From positions 1,152,749-1,216,748 of the forward strand of contig JAXGMV010000001.1 in NCBI GenBank assembly GCA_040768445.1: a DNA stretch of 64,000 nt, given 5' to 3'. Origin of the DNA: Anaerolineaceae bacterium. GTDB lineage: Bacteria > Chloroflexota > Anaerolineae > Anaerolineales > Anaerolineaceae. Shown in pieces: positions 1 through 10,272 of the stretch (positions within the stretch are counted from its first letter, which is position 1; the number at the start of each line of letters is the position of its first letter). The notes beneath the pieces are model-generated. The model was given only the letters and a program-made list of their open reading frames with translations, had not been told where the DNA came from and did not search any database. The position numbers and the translations under genes were made by a program.

Positions 1-843
1 GCTGCCGATCAACTGCGACAAATTTTCTTCATCTTTTGTCTCCAATGCTTCACGGATGTCTTCCAACGAGGCGATGAAATCATCGATCACGCGCATGGCG
101 TTCTCACGGTTGAGCATGGAGGCCTGCCCAAGCACCTTGGCTTCGTCGAGGTGAAGGATGGGCTCAGTAATGGCGAAGTACTCGTATGCGGCAATCTTGC
201 GGCCTTCTGTCCAGCCGGCCTGGGTTGCCGTGGCGTTTACCAATGCGGCGGCTGCCAGCTTGGGCAGGATGCGGCTGGCGGCTGAAAGACCGTCAAACTC
301 ATACGGGTCAGCGAAGAAGGGTGACGAACCGACCAATGCACAAAGGTCTGAAGCAAGTTTGATGGCATCGGCATCCATTTGCGGTGGGCTGGTGATGACC
401 ATCATGCTGTTCTTGAACAGGTCAGCGTGGGCGGCGTCAATCCCACTTTCAGTCTCGTGAATGTATTCAGCGTTAAAGGTTGGTGACATAGAGACGAAGT
501 ACCTGCCTTTGGGGATCAGGCCGCGCGCCCAATCTGCCACCCCCACCATCACCGGCGAGGTGTCAATTACAACTGCACCTTCCTTGAGGTCTTCAGAGAT
601 CAATTCAAGCATGGTCTTGACCTCGTCAACCGGCACTGCCAGCAAGACGATGTCGGCGCCTTCAACTGCGCTGTGCAGGTTGAACTCGGTCTTGTCAACG
701 GCGCCTTTCTTGGCAGCTTCTTTGGCAATTTCGGACTTGATGTCGTGCCCCACGCGGGTGATCTGGTTTGTATGTTCAGACAGTGCCAGACCAAACGAAG
801 TGCCGATTTTGCCCATTCCAATAATTGTCATTTGTGCGGTCAT
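1..843 (-). CDS. Prephenate/arogenate dehydrogenase family protein (TyrA-like), 3' end outside window
   Basis: Absent from the ORF track because it runs off the window edge. Manual minus-strand translation from ATG 843-841 gives MTAQMTIIGMGKIGTSFGLALSEH..ADIVLLAVPVDEVKTMLELISEDLKEGAVVIDTSPV.., i.e. an N-terminal GxGxxG Rossmann fold and TyrA-like layout. ATGA start/stop overlap with the upstream M50 gene. The plus-strand ORFs 158-891 are shadow ORFs. Confidence 0.65.
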   Translation of the reverse strand, partial: MTAQMTIIGMGKIGTSFGLALSEHTNQITRVGHDIKSEIAKEAAKKGAVDKTEFNLHSAVEGADIVLLAVPVDEVKTMLELISEDLKEGAVVIDTSPVMVGVADWARGLIPKGRYFVSMSPTFNAEYIHETESGIDAAHADLFKNSMMVITSPPQMDADAIKLASDLCALVGSSPFFADPYEFDGLSAASRILPKLAAAALVNATATQAGWTEGRKIAAYEYFAITEPILHLDEAKVLGQASMLNRENAMRVIDDFIASLEDIREALETKDEENLSQLIGS

Positions 844-1487
844 AAGGGAACTCCTAATAGTAGTTTCATAAAAGATGACATGAGGGGGTAAATGACCCGA
901 CCCAGCAAATCAATGCCGATGTACGGGCCGAGGAATAATACAGCCAGCAGGATCATTGGGCCGTAAGGCCTGATCTTATCCAGAACATCCTTGAGGGGCG
1001 GCGGGAAGAGGTACTGTGCCACCTTTTCACCATCCAGCGGCGCCAGTGGGATGAGGTTGAAGAATAACAGCAGGACGTTGATGCTGATGAAATGGTACAG
1101 GAATTCAAAAGCAGTTGGAAAGAACCCGTTTGAGACCTGGAACGACACAACACCCAGCCGGATGGGGATGACTGCCAGCACTGCCAGAAGCAGGTTCGAG
1201 AGCGGCCCCGCGGCAGAGACCCACATGTAAGCAGAGCTGGAGTGCCTGTTGAGGGCATAGGGATTAACCGGCACCGGCTTAGCCCAGCCAAACCCTGCCA
1301 GGAGCAGCATCATGGTGCCCATAAGGTCAAGGTGGGCGATTGGATTGAGCGTGAGCCGGCCGTGGGCGCGTGGTGTGGTATCGCCAAAGCGGTCAGCCGT
1401 CCAGGCATGCGCAAACTCATGAATCGTGAGCGCAATGATCAACGTGATCATCCTGGAAAGTACGGTAGGTGCGGATAGGTTAAACAT
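840..1487 (-). CDS. Site-2 protease family (peptidase M50) membrane metalloprotease
   Basis: HEFAH (HExxH) in the first TM region, NLIPLAPLDG (NxxPxxxLDG) motif, polytopic hydrophobic sequence. Confidence 0.8.
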   Translation of the reverse strand: MFNLSAPTVLSRMITLIIALTIHEFAHAWTADRFGDTTPRAHGRLTLNPIAHLDLMGTMMLLLAGFGWAKPVPVNPYALNRHSSSAYMWVSAAGPLSNLLLAVLAVIPIRLGVVSFQVSNGFFPTAFEFLYHFISINVLLLFFNLIPLAPLDGEKVAQYLFPPPLKDVLDKIRPYGPMILLAVLFLGPYIGIDLLGRVIYPLMSSFMKLLLGVPL

Positions 1488-1595
1488 GTTCAGGCTGTCT
1501 CTTTTGGTCTTGCATCAGCCGGCTTGTACTGTTACTGGGATGCACAGCCGTGTTGATATTAAAAGGTATTATATCATGGGTGGTATAATCAAAAT

Positions 1596-1805
1596 GTGTT
1601 ACCTGACCTTCAACTAAACGATATTGTCCGGCTGCGAAAACCGCATCCCTGCGGCAGTTATGAGTGGAAGGTTGTCCGCCTGGGGGCTGATATCGGGCTG
1701 GAATGCCTGGGATGTGTTCACCGCGTGATGCTGACCAGGCGCGAGCTTTCCAAACGTTTGAAAGCCATTCGACCCGGAGGGACTGATGCTTCATTACCAA
1801 GCTGA
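1596..1805 (+). CDS. DUF951 family small protein
   Basis: 69 aa with the pattern RLRKPHPCGS..W.V.R.GADI.L.C.GC.H.VM..R characteristic of DUF951. Confidence 0.7.
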   Translation: MLPDLQLNDIVRLRKPHPCGSYEWKVVRLGADIGLECLGCVHRVMLTRRELSKRLKAIRPGGTDASLPS

Positions 1806-2955
1806 ACTGCCCCACATTGTCTTCCTGTTTTCAGACACCGGAGGGGGTCACCGCAGTGCCTCTGAAGCCATTATTGAGGCCATTAACCTCGAATACTCTG
1901 AGCGTTACAACGCTGAAATGATTGATATCTTTCGCGATTATGCCCCGCCGCCCCTTCACTATGCGCCGGAGATTTACCCGCCGTTGACCCGCATGCCCGA
2001 TGTTTGGAAGTGGTGGTACCGCCTATCGGATGGACCCAGGCGCGTCCATTTCACCTCGCGCATGATGTACCCGTATGTGCGGCACTCTATTGACCGACTG
2101 CTGCGTGAGAACCCGGCTGATTTATATGTCTCCGTCCATCCGTTGATCAATGCCCCGTTACTGCAGGCGCTTGGTAAGAACCGCCAGACTCCCTACGTCA
2201 CCGTGGTGACCGACCTGGTCACTGCACATGCATTCTGGTATCACAGGGATGCCGATATGACGGTGGTTTGCACCGAAAAAGCACGCCAGCGTGCGCTGGC
2301 TGCAGGGATTGATAACAAAAAACTGGTGACCATTGGCTTGCCGGTGGCGGATCGTTTCTGCCATCCGCAGGAGGATAAAAAGGCGCTGCGTCAGCAGCTT
2401 GGCTGGCGAACGGACAAGCCGGTTGTTTTGCTGGTCGGCGGCGGCGATGGCATGGGACCGCTGTACAAGATTGCGCGTGCCATCAACCATGCCAAACCAG
2501 ACCTGGCACTGGTGGTGGTATGCGGCAGGAACCGCGAGCTGAAAACCAACCTTGAGAAACTCTACTGGCAGATTCCAGCATATGTGTACGGTTTTGTGCG
2601 TGATATGCCAGACTTGATGAATGCCAGCGATATCCTGATCACCAAGGCCGGCCCCGGCACCATCACCGAGGGCATGATCTCAGGCCTGCCGATCATCCTG
2701 TACAGCCGCATCCCTGGCCAGGAAGAGGGCAACGTGGATTATGTCGTTGAGCAGCACGCCGGCGAGTGGGCGCCAACACCAGAGAAAGTGGTTGAGGTAT
2801 TAAACCGTTGGATGGCGAACCCGGAAGAGTATAAGCGCATGGGAGAAGCCAGCCGCAGTTTGGCAAACCCGCAGGCTGCAAGAGAGATAGCCCGTGTTCT
2901 GATAAGCTGGTTGGAAAAACCTGTACCAGACGCAAGTGTGCCAAGACAGGAGTAA
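1786..2955 (+). CDS. MGDG synthase-like / UgtP-like diacylglycerol glycosyltransferase (GT28 family)
   Basis: N-terminal IVFLFSDTGGGHRSASEAI motif, C-terminal ITKAGPGTITEG nucleotide-sugar binding block. 20-nt overlap with the DUF951 gene. Confidence 0.8.
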   Translation: MLHYQAELPHIVFLFSDTGGGHRSASEAIIEAINLEYSERYNAEMIDIFRDYAPPPLHYAPEIYPPLTRMPDVWKWWYRLSDGPRRVHFTSRMMYPYVRHSIDRLLRENPADLYVSVHPLINAPLLQALGKNRQTPYVTVVTDLVTAHAFWYHRDADMTVVCTEKARQRALAAGIDNKKLVTIGLPVADRFCHPQEDKKALRQQLGWRTDKPVVLLVGGGDGMGPLYKIARAINHAKPDLALVVVCGRNRELKTNLEKLYWQIPAYVYGFVRDMPDLMNASDILITKAGPGTITEGMISGLPIILYSRIPGQEEGNVDYVVEQHAGEWAPTPEKVVEVLNRWMANPEEYKRMGEASRSLANPQAAREIARVLISWLEKPVPDASVPRQE

Positions 2956-2964
2956 AATAACGCG

Positions 2965-3477
2965 ATGCCTATACTTGACCCAAATGCCGTTGAATTTTTC
3001 AGCCGCAGCCCTGATCAAACCCGCCGGCTCGGTATTCGACTGGGCGCCATGCTCAAACCCGGCGACCTGGTGTGCCTGACCGGAGATCTGGGCTCAGGCA
3101 AGACCACCTTTGTACAGGGGCTGGCAAAAGGCTGGGGGACACTGGACAGTGTGACCAGTCCGACCTTTGTGTTGGTGAACGTTTACGGCCGGCCGGATGG
3201 GTTCAACCTGTTTCACCTGGATGCCTACCGCATGGCCGGCCCGGCTGAAGCAGAAGACCTGGATATTGACCTGATATTGGAGACCGGTGCGCTGGTGGTT
3301 GAATGGCCCGAGCGCATTCAAAGCGCGCTGCCGGACGAAAATTTGACGATTGAGATGCGCTGGATTGCTGATGAACAGCGTTTCATGCATTTTGTACCCA
3401 ACGGGGCGCGTTTTGAGGAGATAGTGAAAGCCTTTCGAACGCAGGCTTTTGGAGGTGGACGTGCTGCTGGCAATTGA
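2965..3477 (+). CDS. tsaE: tRNA threonylcarbamoyladenosine (t6A) biosynthesis ATPase TsaE
   Basis: [13 protein letters not shown] Walker A, SPTF..V..Y, HLDAYR motifs. Followed by tsaB and rimI. Confidence 0.85.
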   Translation: MPILDPNAVEFFSRSPDQTRRLGIRLGAMLKPGDLVCLTGDLGSGKTTFVQGLAKGWGTLDSVTSPTFVLVNVYGRPDGFNLFHLDAYRMAGPAEAEDLDIDLILETGALVVEWPERIQSALPDENLTIEMRWIADEQRFMHFVPNGARFEEIVKAFRTQAFGGGRAAGN

Positions 3478-4129
3478 TACTTCAACTCGTTGGATTGGAC
3501 TTGGGGTGTATGACGGCTCACTGATGGCAGGAGAGATGCTGTGGCAGACTCAGAACCATCACACCGTCGAGCTGGCGCCGGCAGTGGAAGACCTGCTCAA
3601 GCGCTGCGGTGTTGATAAAAAGGATCTGAAAGCGCTGGCAGTTGCCCTGGGACCGGGGTCATTTACCAGCCTGCGCATCGGGCTGGCACTGGTGAAGGGT
3701 CTCTCAATGGGGCTCAATGTGCCGGTGGTTGGCGTCCCTTCGCTCGACATCCTGGCAGCCAACATCCCGGTAGGTGAGCTGCCCCTGCTGACAGCCCTGC
3801 AGGCTGGACGCGGCCGCTTCGGTGTGGGCTGGTACAACGCAAAGAAGGGTAAATGGGTCAGCCAGGACAGCCCGAGCGTGATGACGCTGGAAGAGCTGAC
3901 TGGCGCTATCACCCAGCCGACCATAGTCTGCGGCGAATTCAATGCTTTAGAACGGCAGAGCATCAAACGCGCCAGCACAGATGTGCAGCTGGCTACACCG
4001 TCGCAGTGTGTCAGACGCCCGGCGGTACTTGCTGAGATGGCATGGACGCGCTGGCAGAAGGGGCGCACCGACGACCTGGAAACGCTTAAACCCATTTACA
4101 TACACGTAGGGCAGGAAATTCCGTCATGA
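3449..4129 (+). CDS. tsaB: t6A biosynthesis protein TsaB
   Basis: LAIDTST....GL start and GPGSFTSLRIG motif. The track start is TTG 3449. GTG 3461, 5 nt after a GGAGG, is the more likely start. Confidence 0.8.
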   Translation: MEVDVLLAIDTSTRWIGLGVYDGSLMAGEMLWQTQNHHTVELAPAVEDLLKRCGVDKKDLKALAVALGPGSFTSLRIGLALVKGLSMGLNVPVVGVPSLDILAANIPVGELPLLTALQAGRGRFGVGWYNAKKGKWVSQDSPSVMTLEELTGAITQPTIVCGEFNALERQSIKRASTDVQLATPSQCVRRPAVLAEMAWTRWQKGRTDDLETLKPIYIHVGQEIPS

Positions 4130-4599
4130 AACAGCTGCCGGCGGGATATGTGCTCCGCCGCATGACTGCTGCTGATGTTGAACAGGTGCATGACCTGGAT
4201 GTACGCTCATTTTCTTTGCCCTGGCCCAAACGTTCTTTTGAAATGGAAATGCAAAACCCCGCCTCGCAGGGCTGGGTGATCACCGCACCGCCGCAGGGGG
4301 AAGATGCACCGATGGTAATCGCCATGGCGCTGCTGTGGGTGATATTGGATGAAGCCCATATTGCCACCTTCGCAGTAGATGCTGGATACCGACAGCAGGG
4401 TATTGGGGCCTTTCTACTGGCGTCCATTCTGGAAACAATGAAGGCATTGGGCGTGCAGAACGTTTTCCTCGAGGTACGGCGCAACAATACCGCCGCCCAG
4501 GTGCTGTATGCCAGGGCTGGTTTTGAAGTTATGGATGTACGCAAGGGGTATTACACCGATACCAATGAAGACGCGCTGGTGATGATGCTGACAATCTGA
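4126..4599 (+). CDS. rimI: Ribosomal-protein-alanine N-acetyltransferase (GNAT)
   Basis: GNAT core AVDAGYRQQGIGAFLL, LEVRRNNTAAQVLYARAGF. ATGA overlap with tsaB. Canonical tsaE-tsaB-rimI order. Confidence 0.8.
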   Translation: MKQLPAGYVLRRMTAADVEQVHDLDVRSFSLPWPKRSFEMEMQNPASQGWVITAPPQGEDAPMVIAMALLWVILDEAHIATFAVDAGYRQQGIGAFLLASILETMKALGVQNVFLEVRRNNTAAQVLYARAGFEVMDVRKGYYTDTNEDALVMMLTI

Positions 4600-4663
4600 C
4601 GCATCTCCGAATCTTATTTAATAGAAGAACCCGATTTATTCTCGATATCTTATATTGATCAGC

Positions 4664-5455
4664 TTAGCTGGAGGCACTGTTGTAGCGACGCAGCGCGCGG
4701 TGGAACAGCCAGGATGCCCCGCCGATCAACAGGACAGCCTGCACAAGCAGGGCCAGCTGGGTTAGCGGCGGAAGGCTGCCGGTGAGTGCCTGCACCGGCA
4801 CCGTGGTGATGACGCCGACCGGGATGATCCAGGTGAGCACCAGCTTGAGCCAGCCAGGGTAGAGCCCTAACGGGTAACGCGCCATCTGGAACAACCCGTT
4901 GAAGACCCAGGTGTACAGGAAGCCCGGGCTCCAGAATACCAGTGCGGTAAAGAATAACAACACGGCATACAGCACGGCAATGCCGATCAGCATGGTGAAG
5001 GCGAAGTTGAGCAGATTTGGAAAGGTGAACTGCAAGCCGGTTCTGAGCAGGGCGGTAAACAGCACACCCAGCCCAAGCCCCAGGTCAATCAGGGCAAACA
5101 GGCGCCATTTGCGCAGGCTGGCAAGGAATTGGATGTTTACCGGGCGTATGAGTGAGAAATCCAGCGTCCCCACCCACACCTCGCCTTCCATGCCGGCCAG
5201 GGATTCAAGGCTGGGCCCGATAAACAGGCTGCGCAGGGCTGAAGCCACCAGGTAAACGCCGAGCAGCGCCAGCGTCGAAGCAAAGGTCCAACCCTGGATG
5301 GCAGTAACCTGGTTGAACAACACCAACAGGCCGATGACACCGCCGGCAAGGTTAAGCAGGGCGTGCACCAGGCTGATCCAGAAGTTGAGGGCATAGGCTG
5401 TTTCTTCTTTGGCCGATACCCGTATAAACTGACCGATCATCCGCAAGTAATGCAT
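4664..5455 (-). CDS. ABC-2 family transporter permease
   Basis: 263-aa polytopic protein, last gene of an ATPase plus two same-size permease operon (COG4586/4587/3694-like layout). Confidence 0.65.
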   Translation of the reverse strand: MHYLRMIGQFIRVSAKEETAYALNFWISLVHALLNLAGGVIGLLVLFNQVTAIQGWTFASTLALLGVYLVASALRSLFIGPSLESLAGMEGEVWVGTLDFSLIRPVNIQFLASLRKWRLFALIDLGLGLGVLFTALLRTGLQFTFPNLLNFAFTMLIGIAVLYAVLLFFTALVFWSPGFLYTWVFNGLFQMARYPLGLYPGWLKLVLTWIIPVGVITTVPVQALTGSLPPLTQLALLVQAVLLIGGASWLFHRALRRYNSASS

Positions 5456-5456
5456 C

Positions 5457-6248
5457 TCAGCCTCCCGCCGCAGTGTAATGCTTGAGCCCCTGCCGCCACA
5501 TCACCGCAGAGAGCAGCACAGAAGCAGCAAGCCAGCCCGCCTGAATCAGCAAGCCGGACTGCATTGCAGCGCCTGATACCTGACCGGTGAGCACTTCCAC
5601 CGGAAAGCCAACCATGTAGCGGAAGGGAAGAATCACAGCGGCAGTTTGCAGAGCACCGGGCAGCAAAGCAAACGGCGCCACCTGGCCGGCGAGCAGGAAG
5701 GTCAGGGTGTCCTGCACAGCCAGCAGGGCATCGGCGCGCGTTGCCCAAAATGCCAGCAGCGCCAGCCAGTAACCCCAGAAAAAACGCAGCAGCCAGGCCA
5801 TCAGCAGGGCAGGGATAAACGCCAGCACAGCGGAAGAGGTGAAGGTCAAGTCGGGCTTGAGAACCAGTCCCAGGAGTAGTACCACCGGCACATCGAACAC
5901 CAGGTAAACCGCTTTCCCGGCAATCTCAGCTGAGAAGGCATCCAGAATTGGCGCGACCGGGCGCAGAAGCAGTTTATTCATATCGCCAATTCGGATCAGA
6001 TCGCCGACCGTCCAGTTGGTCTGGGAGTAGGTGAGCTGGTTGACAAGGATCAGCACAAGGTAATAGGCGATGAACCCGGCGCGGCTGATACCGCCGATAC
6101 CCTGCTCGCCGGCAGCCGTTGACCAGACGAACATGTAGATCAACGGTGGGATCATCCAGCCGAATGCCAGCAGCCACATAAAGGTGCGGTTCATCATCCA
6201 GCTCTGCCAGGTGGCTCGTGAGAGAGCTAACAGGGCGCGCAGTCTCAT
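5457..6248 (-). CDS. ABC-2 family transporter permease
   Basis: 263-aa polytopic protein, 1-nt gap to the next permease and 4-nt overlap with the ATPase gene. Confidence 0.65.
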   Translation of the reverse strand: MRLRALLALSRATWQSWMMNRTFMWLLAFGWMIPPLIYMFVWSTAAGEQGIGGISRAGFIAYYLVLILVNQLTYSQTNWTVGDLIRIGDMNKLLLRPVAPILDAFSAEIAGKAVYLVFDVPVVLLLGLVLKPDLTFTSSAVLAFIPALLMAWLLRFFWGYWLALLAFWATRADALLAVQDTLTFLLAGQVAPFALLPGALQTAAVILPFRYMVGFPVEVLTGQVSGAAMQSGLLIQAGWLAASVLLSAVMWRQGLKHYTAAGG

Positions 6249-7237
6249 ACTTCAGCCTCGCTGTAGATACGGTCAATTACCGTCTCAATCGGTGGGTTTT
6301 CCACGCTCAGGTCCACCACCGGCAGGCGGTTGAGCAGGGCAGCCGTGGCGGAAGAGGTTTTTGCCCGTTGGACGCGCAGCGTCAGACTGTCGGGCTGCTG
6401 GTCAAGCAGTTCACAGCCTTCCGGCAGGTCCAGCGCTGGCTGTGGCTGGCTGATATCGAGCGTGATGCGCAGCAGTTTGAAGGGCGCCAGGTCAGCGGCG
6501 AGACCCGCCAAAGCGCCGTCATACAGCAGGCGGCCGTGATGGATGAGGATGACACGCGGACAGAGTGCCTGCACGTCAGCCATGTAGTGGCTGGTAAGGA
6601 TGACGGTGATGTGGTTATTCCGGTTGTAATCCGCCAGGAACTGCCGCAGCCTGATCTGCATGGAGACGTCCAGCCCGAGCGTGGGTTCGTCCAGGAAGAG
6701 CACATCCGGGCGGTGCAGCAGGCCGGCAACTAGCTCGCATTTCATACGCTCGCCCAGCGACATGCTGCGCACAGGGCGCTTGAGCAGGTCGCCGATATCC
6801 AGCAGGGTGACAAGCTCATCGAGCGATTGCTGATAGGCTGCTTTGGGCAGGTTGTAGATCTCGGCCAGCATTCTAAACGAGTCCAGTGGGGGAATGTCCC
6901 AGGCAACCGAGCTCTTGTTTCCCAGCACCATGCTGATGCGCTTGAGGAATGCCGGCGTCCGTTTCCACGGCTCGTAACCGAGCACGTCCAGGTGCCCCGC
7001 AGTGGGGTAGAGCAGGCCGGTCAGCATCTTCAAGGTGGTGGTTTTGCCGGCGCCGTTGGGTCCGATCAACCCCACCATTTCTCCGGCCTGTATGTTGAAA
7101 CTGACCTGCTGGACGGCTTCAACATTCTCAAAACGTGGTTTGAACAGACCGCGCACAGACGCTGCCAGCCCCGGGTCTTTTTGCGGCACCCGGTATATTT
7201 TGCTTAATTGCGAAACAGTAATGGCACAATCAGGCAT
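6245..7237 (-). CDS. ABC transporter ATP-binding protein
   Basis: GPNGAGKTT Walker A, MSLGERMK signature-like, [11 protein letters not shown] Walker B, H-loop TSH. Confidence 0.9.
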   Translation of the reverse strand: MPDCAITVSQLSKIYRVPQKDPGLAASVRGLFKPRFENVEAVQQVSFNIQAGEMVGLIGPNGAGKTTTLKMLTGLLYPTAGHLDVLGYEPWKRTPAFLKRISMVLGNKSSVAWDIPPLDSFRMLAEIYNLPKAAYQQSLDELVTLLDIGDLLKRPVRSMSLGERMKCELVAGLLHRPDVLFLDEPTLGLDVSMQIRLRQFLADYNRNNHITVILTSHYMADVQALCPRVILIHHGRLLYDGALAGLAADLAPFKLLRITLDISQPQPALDLPEGCELLDQQPDSLTLRVQRAKTSSATAALLNRLPVVDLSVENPPIETVIDRIYSEAEV

Positions 7238-7387
7238 GGAATCACTCCAGATAATTTGAAGAAGAATGCAGACTTAAATTGTAGTGCAGCACCAGATTTT
7301 GCGGTAGGCATTACCGCACTTACATTAACCGTGAAATTCTGTACAATAGAACTATCAGATAAGACGAACGACCTGAGGAGTTCACGC

Positions 7388-8395
7388 ATGATTATTGACC
7401 CAGCCTTTCCCCTGATTGACCTGCACCGCCACCTGGACGGCAGTGTGCGGCTGCAGACGATACTTGATCTTGGCCGGCAGTACAACCTGACTCTGCCAGA
7501 ATGGGAGCTTGAAACCCTGCGCCCGCATGTGCAGGTCACAGACCCCAAGCCGGACATAGCCGAATTCTTCAAGAAGTTCCGCTACCTGACCGGGGTGATG
7601 GTCAACCCCCAGGCCTGCCGGCGTATTGCCTATGAAAACGTCGAGGACGCATACAACGAGGGGATTGACTATATCGAGCTGCGCTTCAGTCCGTGGTTCA
7701 TGGCTGAGCCGTACAACCTCAAGCCGGCTGCCGTGGTTGAGGCGGTTGTGGATGGTGTGCGCGCCGGTGAACGTAATTTTGGTGTGAAAACTAATTTAAT
7801 CGGCATCCTCAGCCGCTCTTACGGGGAAGAGATTGCCTCGAAGGAACTGGCGGCGCTGCTCACGCACCGGGATGACATCTGTGCACTGGACCTGGCTGGG
7901 CTGGAAGCACAGTTCCCCGGGCACTTATTTGTCGGGCATTTCAACCGGGCGCGCAATGCCGGCTGGCATATCACGGTGCATGCCGGTGAGGCGGCTGGTG
8001 CCGAGTCGGTCTGGCAGGCGATTAATGAACTGGGCGCTGAGCGGCTGGGGCATGCCGTGCGGGCAGTTGATGACCCGCACCTGCTGGATACGTTGGTGCA
8101 TCGGCGTATCGGCGTGGAATCCAACCTGACCAGCAACGTGCAGACCAGCGTGGTGAGGTCCTACGCCAGCCACCCGCTCAAGACCTTTATCGAAAAGGGC
8201 GTTCTGGCGACGATCAACACCGATGACCCGGGCATCAGCGCGATTGACCTGCCTTACGAGTACCGCATGGCGGTGGAGGAGGCAGGTTTGAGCGTGGCAC
8301 AGGCGCGCCAGGCACAGCGCAATGCGCTGGAAGTTGCGTTTTTAACGAGTGAAGAAAAACAAGCGCTGGCAGCTAAAGCAACCGCCCGGGCTTAA
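7388..8395 (+). CDS. add: Adenosine deaminase
   Basis: [27 protein letters not shown] motifs. Start moved to ATG 7388 ([13 protein letters not shown]) inside track ORF 7208-8395. Confidence 0.9.
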   Translation: MIIDPAFPLIDLHRHLDGSVRLQTILDLGRQYNLTLPEWELETLRPHVQVTDPKPDIAEFFKKFRYLTGVMVNPQACRRIAYENVEDAYNEGIDYIELRFSPWFMAEPYNLKPAAVVEAVVDGVRAGERNFGVKTNLIGILSRSYGEEIASKELAALLTHRDDICALDLAGLEAQFPGHLFVGHFNRARNAGWHITVHAGEAAGAESVWQAINELGAERLGHAVRAVDDPHLLDTLVHRRIGVESNLTSNVQTSVVRSYASHPLKTFIEKGVLATINTDDPGISAIDLPYEYRMAVEEAGLSVAQARQAQRNALEVAFLTSEEKQALAAKATARA

Positions 8396-8874
8396 TCCGC
8401 CAGCCAGGCTGGCTGGAGGCTGCCATCGTGACGGATGTGCAGCACCTCTATGCCGCGCTGCAGAAGCGTTTGGCTCACCAGGTGCTGACGGTGGCAGAAT
8501 GCCGGGTCTTCCTCGGCACACATCACTGCCGTCGGCTCTGCCGCGGCAAGACTGAGCAGTTCTTCGATTCCTTGCAGGTAATAATCCCTGAGCGCAATAG
8601 CTGAATAATCCACTTCTGCGCCGAATTTCGCCTCGCCGTCCGGGTAAACGGATGGGTCTGGCGGGTAGCCGCCCAGCAGATTGCCCAGGTAGATGTAGAT
8701 GATGCCTGCATCCGCCAGGCTGCGGGTGAAACGTCTGCGGTTGAAATGCGGCACTTTGCGACTGAAAGGCAGGCTGCGGATGTCAACCAGCTGCGTGATG
8801 TTGTTATCCTGCAGCAGGCTCAGGATGTCAACCAGCGCGGCGTTTTCGTGTCCAATGGTGTAAAGTATTATCAT
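8392..8874 (-). CDS. DUF488 domain protein
   Basis: MIILYTIGH...L..L......LVDIRS.P.SRK..FN pattern, [11 protein letters not shown] block typical of DUF488. Confidence 0.8.
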   Translation of the reverse strand: MIILYTIGHENAALVDILSLLQDNNITQLVDIRSLPFSRKVPHFNRRRFTRSLADAGIIYIYLGNLLGGYPPDPSVYPDGEAKFGAEVDYSAIALRDYYLQGIEELLSLAAAEPTAVMCAEEDPAFCHRQHLVSQTLLQRGIEVLHIRHDGSLQPAWLAD

Positions 8875-8981
8875 CTTGCCTCCAGGCTTAAGTATATGCT
8901 TGCTTTTGACTGAAACACATCGTTATAATGAAATCAACAGGGTGGAAAATTTGGTTTTTGAAAAAAGAGAGTGAGGCTGAG

Positions 8982-10214
8982 ATGAACCTTCGGAATGGAT
9001 TTCTGAAATTTGCCGTACCGCTGATGGTACTGGCACTGCTTCTGGCATGTGCGCTGCCTGAGCTGCCGCGGGAAGAAACTGAAATTGCTGTGGTCACTGA
9101 TGTACCAGCGGTGACGGAGGAACAGCCTGTAGATGTACCGACCCTCACGCCTTTGACCCCGACCGATACAGCCACGCCGGAGCCCGAGCCAATGTCTCTG
9201 CCAGTACTCAGCTCTCCGACATTCAGGCTGATTGACAGGATCGATGCAGACAACGGTTGGGGGTTGACGGCGGATAAAGTGGCCATCACCGTGGACGGCG
9301 GGGTCACCTGGTACGATGTCTCGGTTGTTGGGGTGAGTGATTACAGCCGTGCGCTAGCTTACTTCCTGGATGTAAATCATGGTTGGGTGCTGGTGCCTGC
9401 GCCAGGCGATATGAGCGGCTCGCTTTACCGCACAGCTGACCGCGGTGAAAACTGGACTGCCAGTGCGTTCAATTACCAGTCTTCACAGATTAAGTATTTG
9501 GATGCCCTGCATGGCTATGCCATGATCGGGCTGGGTGCAGGCGCCGGCTCAATGGCGGTGGCAGTGGTCACCACCAGCGACGGCGGCGCCACCTGGGTGC
9601 AGGTGTTTCACAATGATCCCACAGTGGCCGGAGCAAATGATAGCCTGCCGTTGGGCGGCATGAAAAACGGGGTTACTTATCGTGACACGACGTACGCATG
9701 GGCAACAGGTTCAAAGCCGCAGGATGGTTTTGTCTACCTCTACCGCAGTACTGACGGCGGCGCCAACTGGACTCAGCAAGGTCTACCGCTGCCAGCCGGC
9801 ATGGAAAGTGCCATGGTCATCCTGCGATCGCCTGAGTTTTATGGTACGTCTAATGCCCTGCTGTTCAGCTGGTTGATGACCCCGGCAGACAACCTGACCT
9901 ATGTGTACCGCAGTAACGACGGCGGTGAGAGCTGGACAGCCGGCACACCCATACCACCCGCCCGCAGTATCACCAGCAGTGATGCCAGTAATATCTGGTC
10001 ATGGCACGAGACCGGGCTGTACCACAGCACAGACAGCGGCATCACCTGGACGCTGCTTTCACCAGGGCTGCCGGGGGGATCCGATTCGGTGATCCTGGAT
10101 TTTGTCTCCGGCGGGTACGGCTGGGCGCTGCTGCGTGACGGCGATGACGTCACCCCTGATGTGCTGATGGGCACGACAGACGGTGGGCAGAACTGGACGA
10201 CCCTGGCACCCTGA
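8982..10214 (+). CDS. Secreted lipoprotein with BNR/Ycf48-like beta-propeller repeats
   Basis: Signal peptide plus lipobox (LALLLAC) from ATG 8982. Repeated S/T-x-D-G-G-x-x-W blocks (TVDGGVTW, TADRGENW, TSDGGATW, STDGGANW, SNDGGESW, STDSGITW, TTDGGQNW). Confidence 0.6.
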   Translation: MNLRNGFLKFAVPLMVLALLLACALPELPREETEIAVVTDVPAVTEEQPVDVPTLTPLTPTDTATPEPEPMSLPVLSSPTFRLIDRIDADNGWGLTADKVAITVDGGVTWYDVSVVGVSDYSRALAYFLDVNHGWVLVPAPGDMSGSLYRTADRGENWTASAFNYQSSQIKYLDALHGYAMIGLGAGAGSMAVAVVTTSDGGATWVQVFHNDPTVAGANDSLPLGGMKNGVTYRDTTYAWATGSKPQDGFVYLYRSTDGGANWTQQGLPLPAGMESAMVILRSPEFYGTSNALLFSWLMTPADNLTYVYRSNDGGESWTAGTPIPPARSITSSDASNIWSWHETGLYHSTDSGITWTLLSPGLPGGSDSVILDFVSGGYGWALLRDGDDVTPDVLMGTTDGGQNWTTLAP

Positions 10215-10272
10215 GCTCCCCCGGCAGGATATAATTCAGGCAGCCAAACCAATCTACCAGGAGGAATTCCCC

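Noticed and set aside
158-891. Plus-strand ORFs at the left edge of the window.
   Set aside because: The minus strand encodes a continuous TyrA-like protein starting at 843 with a Rossmann motif, and the plus-strand ORFs have no motifs.
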